Positions 19,069 to 29,400 of a DNA stretch of 64,000 bases are shown here, in pieces. Origin of the DNA: Candidatus Latescibacterota bacterium. GTDB lineage: Bacteria > Latescibacterota > UBA2968 > GCA-2709665. Where the stretch lies: contig OZ241917.1 of the NCBI GenBank assembly GCA_965203805.1, positions 3,328,001-3,392,000 on the forward strand, given 5' to 3'. Numbering within the stretch: position 1 is the stretch's first letter; each line of letters starts with the position of its first letter. Made by a program: the position numbers and the translations under genes. The notes under the pieces were generated by a model. That model saw only the letters and a list, made by a program, of their open reading frames with translations, did no database searches and was not told where the DNA came from.

Positions 19069-21081
19069 TCAATCAATCAACAGTGGCGCCAAAACCAGCG
19101 AAACGACCGACATGAGCTTGATCAATATGTTCAGCGAGGGTCCGGAGGTGTCCTTCAGCGGATCGCCCACGGTGTCGCCAACGACCGCGGCCTTGTGCGC
19201 ATCGGACCCCTTCCCGCCGAAGTGCCCTTCCTCGATATGCTTCTTGCCGTTGTCCAGCACGCCGCCGCTGTTGGCCATCATCAGCGCCATGAGCATGCCG
19301 CTCAACAGGGCGCCGGCGAGCATGCCGCCGAGCGCTTCCTTGCCGAGGATGAACCCGACCAGCACGGGCGTGAGCACGGCGACCACCCCGGGTGGCACCA
19401 TTTCCCGCAGCGCCGCAACCGTGCTGATATCCACGCAGCGCCGGGTATCGGGCTTGCCGGTGCCTTCCATCAGTCCGGGAATCTCCCGGAACTGCCGGCG
19501 GACCTCTTCCACCATCCTGAAGGCCGCCCGGCCAACCGACGTCATCGTCTGCGCGGCCACGAGGAAGGGGATGGACCCGCCGATGAACAGGCCGATCACC
19601 ACCATCGGCGAGGTCAGGTTGATCACCTCCAGCTTCACGGTCGACGCGTATGCCGAGAACAGGGCCAGGGCCGTGAGCGCGGCCGAACCGATGGCAAAGC
19701 CTTTGCCGATGGCCGCCGTGGTGTTGCCCAGCGCGTCCAGACCGTCCGTAATCTTCCTCGTCTCCGGTCCGAGTTCCGCCATTTCTGAAATGCCGCCCGC
19801 GTTGTCGGCGATGGGCCCGTACGCGTCCACCGCCATCGTGACACCCACGGTTGCCAGCATCCCCACGGCCGCGATGCCGATGCCGTAGAGCCCGGCGAAG
19901 TGATAGGCGAACCCGATGGCGGCGCAGATGCACAGCACGGGAAGGAAGGTGCTCTGCATGCCGATCGCCAGGCCCGAAATGATATTGGTGGCGGGCCCGG
20001 TCTCCGAGGACCTGGCCACCCTGCTCACCGGCGCGCCGCCGGTGTAGTATTCGGTAAGGAGGCCGATCAGAATGCCGGTGATGCCGCCCAGCAGGATCGC
20101 CCAGAATACGCCTTCGGAAAGCCCCAGGCCGTCAACCGCGAAATAGCTCCCGGCGAACATGATCCCGGCGGCCACGAATGAAGCGTAACGCAGAGCGGCC
20201 GCGGGGCTGAAACGCTGCAGGACGGGCATGGCGAGCACGCCGATGAGCGACGCGACGAGGCCGATGGTGGCCACGAAGAGCGGCAACTGCATGGCCGCCA
20301 GTTTCACGTCGGCGTCCGCGTACACGGAGCTGCCGGCCAGCGTGGCGATCAGCGCGGACCCGGCCGTGGCCGCGATGGCGATGGTGGCCACGATGGAGCC
20401 CACGTAGGACTCGAAGATATCGGCGCCCATGCCGGCCACGTCGCCCACGTTGTCGCCCACGAAATCGGCGAGCGCCGCGGGGTTGCGCGGGTCGTCCTCG
20501 GGAATGCCGGCTTCGACCTTGCCGACCAGATCGGCGCCCACGTCGGCGGTCTTGGTATAGATCCCGCCGCCCACGCGCGCGAACAGGGCGATGGAACTGG
20601 CGCCCATGGCGAACCCGTTGATGATCACCGCCTGGTCCGCGTTACCGTACAGGAGAAAGAGCGTGCCCACCCCCAGCAGGCCCAGGCTGGCAACCGAAAG
20701 CCCCATGACCGTGCCGCCGGAAAAAGCGACGCTCAGCGCCGTCGCCTCGCCCTCCTGGTTGGCGGCGTACGCGGTGCGCACGTTGGCCTTGGTGGCCGCC
20801 TTCATCCCGAAAAAACCGGCGCCGATCGAACAGACCGCGCCGGCCAGAAAGGCAAAGGCCGTGCTGAACGGCCGGATGCCGATCGAAAGCAGGATGAATA
20901 CCGCAACGATGAAAATCCCCAGCACCAGGTATTCGCGTTTCAAAAACGCCATGGCGCCTTCATGGATGGCGTCCGAAATCTCCCGCATCCGTTCCGTACC
21001 GGCCGGTTTACGGGTGATCCGGAAATAGACCAGCCCGGCGACGAGCAACCCGGCGATCCCGAATATTGGCGTCCAGAACAT
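19069..21081 (-). CDS. hppA: Membrane-integral pyrophosphatase, K+-dependent, probably Na+-translocating
   Basis: [37 protein letters not shown] (Ala = K+-dependent), [26 protein letters not shown]. Confidence 0.95.
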   Translation of the reverse strand: MFWTPIFGIAGLLVAGLVYFRITRKPAGTERMREISDAIHEGAMAFLKREYLVLGIFIVAVFILLSIGIRPFSTAFAFLAGAVCSIGAGFFGMKAATKANVRTAYAANQEGEATALSVAFSGGTVMGLSVASLGLLGVGTLFLLYGNADQAVIINGFAMGASSIALFARVGGGIYTKTADVGADLVGKVEAGIPEDDPRNPAALADFVGDNVGDVAGMGADIFESYVGSIVATIAIAATAGSALIATLAGSSVYADADVKLAAMQLPLFVATIGLVASLIGVLAMPVLQRFSPAAALRYASFVAAGIMFAGSYFAVDGLGLSEGVFWAILLGGITGILIGLLTEYYTGGAPVSRVARSSETGPATNIISGLAIGMQSTFLPVLCICAAIGFAYHFAGLYGIGIAAVGMLATVGVTMAVDAYGPIADNAGGISEMAELGPETRKITDGLDALGNTTAAIGKGFAIGSAALTALALFSAYASTVKLEVINLTSPMVVIGLFIGGSIPFLVAAQTMTSVGRAAFRMVEEVRRQFREIPGLMEGTGKPDTRRCVDISTVAALREMVPPGVVAVLTPVLVGFILGKEALGGMLAGALLSGMLMALMMANSGGVLDNGKKHIEEGHFGGKGSDAHKAAVVGDTVGDPLKDTSGPSLNILIKLMSVVSLVLAPLLID

Positions 21082-21099
21082 AGGCAAACCTCCCGAAAA

Positions 21100-22165
21100 G
21101 CAGCGTTCAGCAGTCAGCGATCAGCAGTCAGCCAAGATCGAAGACGAAAACCAGCTCACACAAAGACACGAAGACACAAAGAAAACCAAACCAGCAGTCA
21201 GCGGAAAGCGAACCACCCCCAGCCCCGCAGACCTCTCCCCCCTGCCTGCCGAAAAACCACCGCCAGGCAGGGACCCTCTCCTATAAGGAAAGGGTAACGA
21301 ACGCCACGCGATAGGATCCCGCTTAACCCCTTTCTTATAGGAAGGGGGTAGGTCTCGAAAAGGGTAGACGTGAGATGAATGCCCTATGGTCTTTCTCGTC
21401 GTTACCATAGTCGGTAAAGAAACAGGCACGGTTAGCGTGAAAACACTGTGGTAACGTTTTCATCTACCGTCTACCCTCTACCGTCTCACCGCCTTCAGGT
21501 TTTCATTCTTAATTCTTCATTCTTCATTTTTTACAGTTCCCTGCCTACGGCGTGTTCCTTTTGAAGCGACCAAAAGGAACCAAAAGTCGCCACTGGGCGT
21601 GGGGCCTGCTACAGGCACAGCGCGAACACGCTTACTGGATGCACAGGATCCGCTGCCCTGACGCCTTCGGAGGAACATCGATCCGCGTTGCCGGACGGAT
21701 CAGCGCGCTCTGCTCTGGTCGTCCTCCGGTCTGGAAATGCCTTTGTAGACCTATCGGCGTATGAATGATGAGGACAGCTGTTAACCATCAGCCCACAGTT
21801 GACCGCTTGAAGCAAAGAGCGAACCACCCCCAGCCCCGCAGACCTCTCCCCCCTGCCTGCCGAAAAACCACCGCCAGGCAGGGACCCTCTCCTATAAGGA
21901 AAGGGTAACGAACGCCACGCGATAGGATCCCGCTTAACCCCTTTCTTATAGGAAGGGGGTAGGTCTCGAAAAGGGTAGACGTGAGATGAATGCCCTATGG
22001 TGTTTCTTGTCGTTACCATATCGGTAAAGAAACAGGCACGGTTAGCGTGAAAACACTGTGGTAACGTTTTCATCTACCGTCTACCCTCTACCGTCTCACC
22101 GCCTTCAGGTTTTCATTCTTAATTCTTCATTCTTAATTCTTCATTTTTCCTTCTCCCGTCTACCC
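21100..22165 (+). repeat. Modular REP-like cassette 5 with a ~320-bp internal duplication (period ~610 bp)
   Basis: About 21207-21530 matches about 21817-22140 almost exactly. Confidence 0.92.
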
Positions 22166-22169
22166 GCTT

Positions 22170-22727
22170 TTATGAATTATACCGATTCATCGCCTCGTCG
22201 ATGCCGGATTCCATCCAGCATGCCGCCCCGCGGGCGGCCGCGCGGACCGCCGCCTCGACGGTGTCGCGCTCATCGTCTTCGAACGGGTTCAGGACGTGCT
22301 CGATCCGGTCCGCGCCTTCCGGCGGCGCGCCGATGCCGACTCGCAGCCGCGGAAACGCGCCGGACCCCACGCAATCGATGACCGACGCCAGCCCGTTATG
22401 CCCGCCGTGGCTGCCGCCGCGCCGCAGCCGGATCCGGCCCAGGTCCAGGTGGACGTCGTCCACGACCACCAGGGCATCCTCGATGCCAACCTCGAAACCG
22501 TCCAGGACCTGCGCCACCGCAACGCCGCTGCGATTTATGTACGTGGCCGGCTTCACCAGCAGCAGCGGCCGGTCGCCCTTCCCAATCCGGCAAAAAAAAT
22601 ACCAGGCGCTTTCCGACCACGTCCCCTTAAACCTTGACGCCAGCAGGTCCACCACCCGATAGCCCAGGTTGTGGCGGGTATGAGCGTATTCGGAACCCGG
22701 GTTGCCCAGACCCACGACAACCTTCAC
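22170..22727 (-). CDS. pth: Peptidyl-tRNA hydrolase
   Basis: VVGLGNPGSEYAHTRHNLG, KPATYINRSG, GSHGGHNGLAS, RLRVGIG; GTG start. Confidence 0.97.
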   Translation of the reverse strand: MKVVVGLGNPGSEYAHTRHNLGYRVVDLLASRFKGTWSESAWYFFCRIGKGDRPLLLVKPATYINRSGVAVAQVLDGFEVGIEDALVVVDDVHLDLGRIRLRRGGSHGGHNGLASVIDCVGSGAFPRLRVGIGAPPEGADRIEHVLNPFEDDERDTVEAAVRAAARGAACWMESGIDEAMNRYNS

Positions 22728-22743
22728 GAGAACCCCCAAAAGG

Positions 22744-23395
22744 CAGCTATCAGCAGTCAGCAGTCAGCAAAGATCAAAGACGAAAACCAACTCACACAAA
22801 GACACGAAGACGCAAAGAAAAGCAAACCAGCAATCAGCTCTCAGCAGTCAGCCAAGATCAAAGACGAAAATCGGCTCAAACAAAGACACGAAGACGCAAA
22901 GAAAAAAGACAGCAATCAGCCGAGAGCGAACCACCCCCAGCCCCGCAGACCTCTCCCCCCTGCCTGCCGAAAAACCACCGCCAGGCAGGGACCCTCTCCT
23001 GTGAGGAGAGGGGAGGAAAAGCAGGCATCGCGTGCCGGTCATCTATAGATACACTGATAGACAGGAAATCGCCAGCCCGGCACATTTGCATGCCCGGTCC
23101 ATCGACCCATCGCCGTTCCCCCTTCCTCACAGGAAGGGGGTTAGGGGGTAGGTCGGTAGGGGTGTGGGGGTTCACGGAAAAAAACAAATTAGAGATGTGA
23201 AGTTTGGGACCGCCCGGAACGCAGTTCCAACGGGTGTCTGTCCGCCGCCAGGCGACCTGTAAGGATGCTATGGGCAAAATACAGGAGGACCATCCCGTTT
23301 TCATTCTTAATTCTTCATTTTTCCTTCTTCCTTCCTCCCTCTCCCCTCTCACCGCATTCAGGTTTTCATTCTTAATTCTTAATTCTTAATTTTTC
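22744..23395 (+). repeat. Modular REP-like cassette 6 between rplY and pth
   Basis: Core at 23032; same module order. Confidence 0.92.
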
Positions 23396-23396
23396 C

Positions 23397-24083
23397 TTAC
23401 TCTTCATCGTCCTCGTCTTCATCCTTCTTGCCGCGTTCGATGACCTCGGGTTCCTGCATCTCTTCCTCTTCCTCGAGCACCTCTTCCTCTTCCTCCTCCA
23501 CCTGCGCGATTGACGGCGGAACCACCACGAACACGGACCGGTCGCTTTCGGTAACGATCTCCACGTTGCCGGACACGCTCAGATCGGAGACGTGCACCGA
23601 ATCCCCGATATTCAGATGGTTCACGTCGAACCCGATGCTTTCCGGGATCTCGGCGGGCAGGGACGACACCTCCACCTGGTGCAGCAGCTGCTCCAGAATG
23701 CCGCCCTCGGTGCGCACGCCGGCCGGAATGCCTTCGGCCTCGACCCGGACGTCCACGACGATTTTCTGGGTGAGCGAGATCCTGTAGAAGTCCGCGTGGA
23801 GGAGATGACCGCCAACGGGGTGGTGCTGCAGCTCCTTGACGATGGCGGTGTCTTCGGATTGCTCCTCGCCGTTGCCCACAACCAGGGACAGAAGCGTATT
23901 CCGACCGTGCTCGTGCAGGACCGTTGACAACGCCTTCGAATCGACCGAACAGGCGACGGGCGCGCCCCGGTCGCCATAGACGACGGCCGGTATCCTCCCG
24001 GTACGCCGGATGCGTTTGGCCTCGCCCTTTCCGGTTCCGGAGCGTACATCGGCCTGTAAGGTTACGCCATTATTGTCAGCCAT
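23397..24083 (-). CDS. rplY: 50S ribosomal protein L25 / Ctc
   Basis: GKGEAKRIRRTGRIPAVVYG, KELQHHPV..LLHADF, GVRTEGGIL, LNIGDSVHVSDL, EPEVIERGKK. Confidence 0.96.
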   Translation of the reverse strand: MADNNGVTLQADVRSGTGKGEAKRIRRTGRIPAVVYGDRGAPVACSVDSKALSTVLHEHGRNTLLSLVVGNGEEQSEDTAIVKELQHHPVGGHLLHADFYRISLTQKIVVDVRVEAEGIPAGVRTEGGILEQLLHQVEVSSLPAEIPESIGFDVNHLNIGDSVHVSDLSVSGNVEIVTESDRSVFVVVPPSIAQVEEEEEEVLEEEEEMQEPEVIERGKKDEDEDDEE

Positions 24084-24124
24084 TGGCCGGTCCTCCACGT
24101 CGGTTTACCAACACTGCGTTTACA

Positions 24125-24195
24125 CTGCCGGGCAGGGATTCGAACCCCGATAAACGGCTCCAAAGGCCGCTGTCTTACCCTTAGACGACCCGGCA
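24125..24195 (-). tRNA. tRNA-Gln (anticodon TTG), CCA not encoded
   Basis: TGCCGGGTCGTCTAAGGGTAAGACAGCGGCCTTTGGAGCCGTTTATCGGGGTTCGAATCCCTGCCCGGCAG folds as a cloverleaf; usual position after ispE. Confidence 0.95.
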
Positions 24196-24323
24196 TCAAT
24201 AACCGGAACCCGGATGCTGCGTGCGATCAATCCGCGAGCCATCGTTGAGGCGGCAATCGACCGGGGTCGTACGTTGCGTGACTCTATTATAATGTATAAG
24301 GTACCGCGAACGGTCCGATCCGG

Positions 24324-25196
24324 TTACGGGTCGCGCGGCCGGCGCCGGCAGAGATAGACCCGACGCCCACGGCCCTGCGCCAGGGCAACCGCGGCCGAAG
24401 CTTGCCGGGCCTCGCGAAAAACGCCGAAGAGCGTGGATCCGCTGCCCGAAACCGAACAGGCAACCGCGCCCCGGGCGGCCAGCGCCTCAAGGATCCGCGC
24501 CACGTCGCCGCTGACGGCTTCCACGAGGGGCAGAAAGTCGTTTTCCAGACAGGCGAACAATCGGCCCGCGCAGATCCGGCCGGATTTTTCCGCAAAGTCC
24601 AGAAATGTACCATACGCCGCCGCTTCTGTCAAGCCAATTCTCACGTTTCGATAGGCCCATGCGGTGGACACGGGGAACCCCGGATACACCAGTACATACC
24701 AGAAATCGCCCTCCCAATCCACCGGTCGGATCCGCTCTCCGCGCCCCGTCGCCACGGCCGTGCCGCCAGTGAGGAAGAACGGGACGTCGGACCCGAGTTC
24801 CGCCGCGAGCGCGGCCAGTCGCTCCGGCCCCAGGCGCGTTCCCCACAGCCGGTCCAGCGTGCGCAGGGCCGCGGCCGCGTTGGAGCTCCCGCCGCCCAGG
24901 CCCGCGCCCGTGGGAATGCGTTTGACGAGGTCCACGCGTATCCCGTGGCGCGCGCCCGTGGCGCGGCGCAGGATTTCCACGGCGCGGTACACGAGGTTGT
25001 CCGGCCCCTCGGGCACGTCCGGACGGTCGGCGCAAACGAGGGTCTCTCCGGTCGCGGCGGGCGTAAACACCAGCCGGTCGCAGAGGTCCACCGTCTGTAG
25101 CACGGAGGCGATATCGTGATAGCCGTCCGGGCGGCGGCGCAGGATTTTCAGGCCCAGATTCAGCTTTGCGGGCGCGATCTCAACAGTGCGGTACAA
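24324..25196 (-). CDS. ispE: 4-diphosphocytidyl-2-C-methyl-D-erythritol kinase
   Basis: APAKLNLGL, GYHDI, KRIPTGAGLGGGSSNAAA, LGSDVPFF, ATGRGE, SGSGSTLF. Confidence 0.96.
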   Translation of the reverse strand: MYRTVEIAPAKLNLGLKILRRRPDGYHDIASVLQTVDLCDRLVFTPAATGETLVCADRPDVPEGPDNLVYRAVEILRRATGARHGIRVDLVKRIPTGAGLGGGSSNAAAALRTLDRLWGTRLGPERLAALAAELGSDVPFFLTGGTAVATGRGERIRPVDWEGDFWYVLVYPGFPVSTAWAYRNVRIGLTEAAAYGTFLDFAEKSGRICAGRLFACLENDFLPLVEAVSGDVARILEALAARGAVACSVSGSGSTLFGVFREARQASAAVALAQGRGRRVYLCRRRPRDP

Positions 25197-25224
25197 TGGG
25201 AAAAACCCTTATCGTGGCAGGAGC

Positions 25225-26180
25225 CTTCAGCTTTCAGCAATCAGCAATCAGCAGTCAGCTTCAGTCAAGAGCGAGAATCAAAAACAAAAATCAAATTCAA
25301 CATCCACATCTCCCCAAATTCCCTGCCGTCGAAAAGCAGCTTTCAGCAGTCAGCCAGGAGCGAACCACCCCCAACCCCGCAGACCTCTCCCCCCTGCCTG
25401 CCGAAAAACCACCGCCAGGCAGGGACCCTCTCCTGTGAGGAGAGGGTAACGAACGCCTCGCGATAGGATCCCGCTTTCCCCCTTCCTTATATAGGAAGGG
25501 GGTAGGTGTCGAAAAGGGGAGACGTGAGATGAATGCCCTATGGTCTTTCTTGTCGTTACCATATCGGTAAAGAAACAGGCACAGTTAGCGTGAAAACACT
25601 GTGGTAACGTTTTCATCTACCGTCTACCGTCTTACGTCTCACCGAATTTACGCGTGCCGGTCATCTATAGATACTTCTGATTGACAGGTAATCGCCAGCC
25701 GGCACGGTTGTATGCCCAGTACATCCTCCCATCGCCGTTCCCCCTTCCTCACAGGAAGGGGGTTAGGGGGTAGGTTGCCGGTGAGGAAAGGGGAGCAAAA
25801 TGCAGCAGTCAGCCAGGAGCGAACCACCCCCAACCCCGCAGACCTCTCCCCCCTGCCTGCCGAAAAACCACCGCCAGGCAGGGACCCTCTCCTGTGAGGA
25901 AAGGGTAACGAACGCCTCGCGATAGGATCCCGCTTTCCCCCTTCCTCACAGGAAGGGGGTTAGGGGGTAGGTCTGAAAGGCGGGGAGACGGGAGATATTG
26001 TGTGCCCTGTACGGTTTCATCTCTTGCCGCAGGCATAAAGTAAGATCGAATCAGGCAAGGACTTCATCTAACGTCTCCCCTCTCCCGTCTCACCGCCTTC
26101 ATCTAACGTCTACCCTCTTACGTCTCACCGCTTTCAGGTTTTCATTCTTAATTCTTCATTCTTCATTCTTAATTCTTCCG
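25225..26180 (+). repeat. Modular REP-like cassette 7
   Basis: Two REP pairs, core at 25654, heptamer ends. Confidence 0.92.
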
Positions 26181-26193
26181 CTATCTGGCGCTC

Positions 26194-26221
26194 ATGATAC
26201 GCCTCATTAAGGTTCTGTCAA
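26194..26221 (-). promoter_or_regulatory. Putative sigma-70 promoter for the ispE operon
   Basis: Minus strand TTGACA-16 nt-TATCAT. Confidence 0.55.
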
Positions 26222-26380
26222 GCGTCAATCGGCCGCGGGAGGGCGGCGGCGCAAGGGGTATGGAGGGTCGGCGTCTGCCAAAATTGCAGGCCGTCGAACC
26301 CCCGGCCCTCTGTCCGATATTGCCGCGCGCCGTCCCTGATTCGAGGCCCTCGCATAACGGGAAAAAATCCAAGTTAGGGA

Positions 26381-26409
26381 TTGACGCCCCCGCGCAAATG
26401 TGATAAATT
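26381..26409 (+). promoter_or_regulatory. Putative sigma-70 promoter for the TPR gene
   Basis: TTGACG-17 nt-TAAATT with extended -10 TG. Confidence 0.55.
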
Positions 26410-26458
26410 GAAATGCAGTGCCGCACAGTGGCATTTACACCCATAACCCCCATAAAAT

Positions 26459-29400
26459 ATGCAACTTTCCCGCATTTTTTCCCCAACGGCTTCATGGCCG
26501 CGATTGCTCCCCGGCGCGGTCGCCGGGCTATGTATTCTGCTGGCCTGGCCGGCGCCCGCCGCGGGGCAGGCCGCCGAGGGTGAGAGCGAAAGCGTCGAGC
26601 TCGCGCAACGGCTCTTCGACAACCGGGATTATGCCAATGCGGCGCACGAGTTCCGGCGCTTTATCGCCTCCTACCCCACGAGCGCGCGGCTTCCCTCGGC
26701 GCTCTATCAACTCGGCGAGGCCCTGTTTCTGGACGAACAGTACAGCGAATCCGTCGATGCGTACGACGACTTCCTCGTGCGCTATCCCGGTCGCCTGGAA
26801 GCGGACCCGGCCCTGCGGCGAAAGGCGGAAGCCCTGGAGCGCCTCTCCGAACACGCGAGGGCCGGAGCGGCCTTCCGGGAAGCGCACGACCGGTTCCCCG
26901 CCGGCAAGCACGCCGCCGGAAACCTCCTCGCGGCGGGGATCAATTTCCACAAGGGAAAGGACCCGGACGCCGCCGGGAAAGCGTTCGGCGCGCTGGCGGA
27001 GAATTTCCCGCAATCCAGACTCGCCGCGGAAGGCAGCTACCGGTGGGGGCTCGTACTCCTGGACGCCGGACGCCCGGAAGAGGCGCTGGACAGGTTCAGA
27101 ACCATATCGGATCCTGGAATGGATTCCAAATGGACGCCGGACGCCCTGCTCGAAATCGGCAAGACCGCCCTCGGCCTGAAGGACGTGCAGGAGGCGGAGG
27201 CGGCTTTCGGCACGCTGCGCAGGGCCTATCCCGGGCATGCCGCGGCCGGCGCCTCCTACCTGGAACTGGCCGCCTGGTATGAAGGCCGGGGGAACTGGCC
27301 GAAGGCCGCTGAAATCTACGGCCTCGCCCGGGCCAATCTCCCGCAGGGCGAGGGTCGCCGGGAGGCGGTACTGGGCCTTGCCAACGCCTGGCTCGAACTG
27401 GGACGCACAGCCGAAGCGCTCGCGCTTTTCACCGAATTCATCAACGTCTATGCCGCCAGCCCTCACCTGGACCGCGCCTGGCTGGGCCTGGGGCGCGCCC
27501 ACGCCGATCTGAAACAATACCGCGAAGCCCAGAACGCGTTCCGCCGCCTCCGGGAACTCTTTCCGGAATCGGAGGCCGGCATCCGGGCGCACGGGGAGAT
27601 GGGCGACGCCTGGCGGGCCGCGGGCGCGCCGCGCAGGGCATTGAGGGCATACCGGGCCTACGCCGGGCGGGCGGAAGCGCCCGGCGCTATCGAATCGGCC
27701 CGGCTGCGGATCGCGCGCACGTACGAACTGGACCTCGGGTGGCGCGATCTGGCGCTGGCGGTCTACCGGGACCTGGCGGAATCGGCCGGGGCCGCCGTTG
27801 CCGGCGAGGCGCAGTTCGGCATCGCCCGGATTCTGGATCGAACCGGTCGGGCGGACCGGGCCATTCGTGAATACAGGGCCTACCTGCAGAAATACGACAG
27901 CCGCGCCGCCGAGGCGGAAAACCGCATCCGCTACCTTCGGGAGTTCGGCCGCGAGGCCCCGGGCGTGCCGCCGGCGGACCTGGCCGCGCTGCTCTCGAGT
28001 TTCCCGGCAATCGCAGACGACCCGCAGGCCCGGTTCGTACTCGGAAAGTTCCTTCACGGCCGGCGGCAATACGCTCAGGCGGCCGAAACACTCGCCGCGG
28101 CGCTGTCCGGGGAACCCCCGCCGCCGTTTGCCGCCGAGGCCGCCTGGCTACTGGGCCGGAGCGCCCTGAAGGCGGCGAGGAAAGCGGAACTGGACGGCAG
28201 GACGGAACCGGCATCGTCCTGGCGCGAGAGGGGCCTGGCGGCGCTGGGCGAGGTCGAGGCCGGGCATCCCGAAAGCGAGTACGCGGACGACGCCGCCCTG
28301 TTGCGGATCGAAACGGAAACCCGCCTGCCTGCCGATGCAGGCGAGGCAGGGGTCCCGGCGCAGACCGGCGAAGCCGATACGGACACGGCGAGGGCGAGGC
28401 GGCGACTCGCGGCGTACGGCGAATTCATGAAGACCTACCCGGGATCCGACCGGCTGGACCGGGCGCTGCTGGGGATGGCCGACGCGATGCGCGCGCTCAG
28501 CCGGTTCGAACCCGCGTGGATCGACACCGCCCTGACAACCTACAGGGAAATCAGCGACACGTATCCGAAAAGCCCGGCGGCGGAACGGGCGACCTACGGC
28601 ATCGGACTGTGCCAGGCCCTGAAGAAAGACCACGCGGCCGCCGAGGAAACGCTGCGGGACTTCCTCTTCGCGTATCCGCAAAGCGACCTGGAGAGCCACG
28701 CCAGGTACCAGCTCGGCCGCATCCTCCTGGAACGGGGGTTCCCGAGGAGCGCGGCGGACGACCTGGCCGAGCTTCTCGCGGGGCCGGCGTCGCTCGAACT
28801 GGCGCGGTCCGCGCGCAACCTGCTGGCCGAGAGCTACTTCAGGGCGGATAACTACCGGCGCGCCATTGAGATCGACACCGAACTGCTTTCTGCCGGGCCC
28901 GACGAGCCCGCGCTTCGACGGCTCGCGCGGTCCTACGAGGCGAACGGACAGGCGGCCGAAGCCGTCGAAACCTGCCAGACCCTGCTGAACGCGTATCCGA
29001 ACGCGGCCGGCGCCGACAGCTTCGCGTACGCCCGGGCGCGGCTTCTGGCGGACCTGGACCGGGAGTCCGAAGCGGTCGCGGCCTTCAAGGCGTTTCCCGG
29101 ACAATATCCCGAAAGCCCGCTGAAGGCCAACGCGGGCAGGGCCGTGTCAACCCTCCTGTTCGAAGCCGGAGAATACCGGAACGCGCTCGCGGCCATTGCG
29201 CACATCCCCGCGGACGCGAGGGACGCGCCGGTTGCCGGGAGCGAAGTCCTCAGCCTGTTCCGGCTGAAACGCGTGCAGGAGGCGAAGAAAGCCGCGGGCA
29301 GGTTCAAGAAAACCTATCCGGACAGCCGGGAGTGGCTCGGCAGGTTCAGGAACGAGGAGGGCCTGTATTATCTGAACGCCGGCAACTTCAAGAAAGCCCG

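Noticed and set aside
24125-24195. tRNA used as an island attachment site
   Set aside because: No duplicated tRNA 3' end or nearby integrase was seen.
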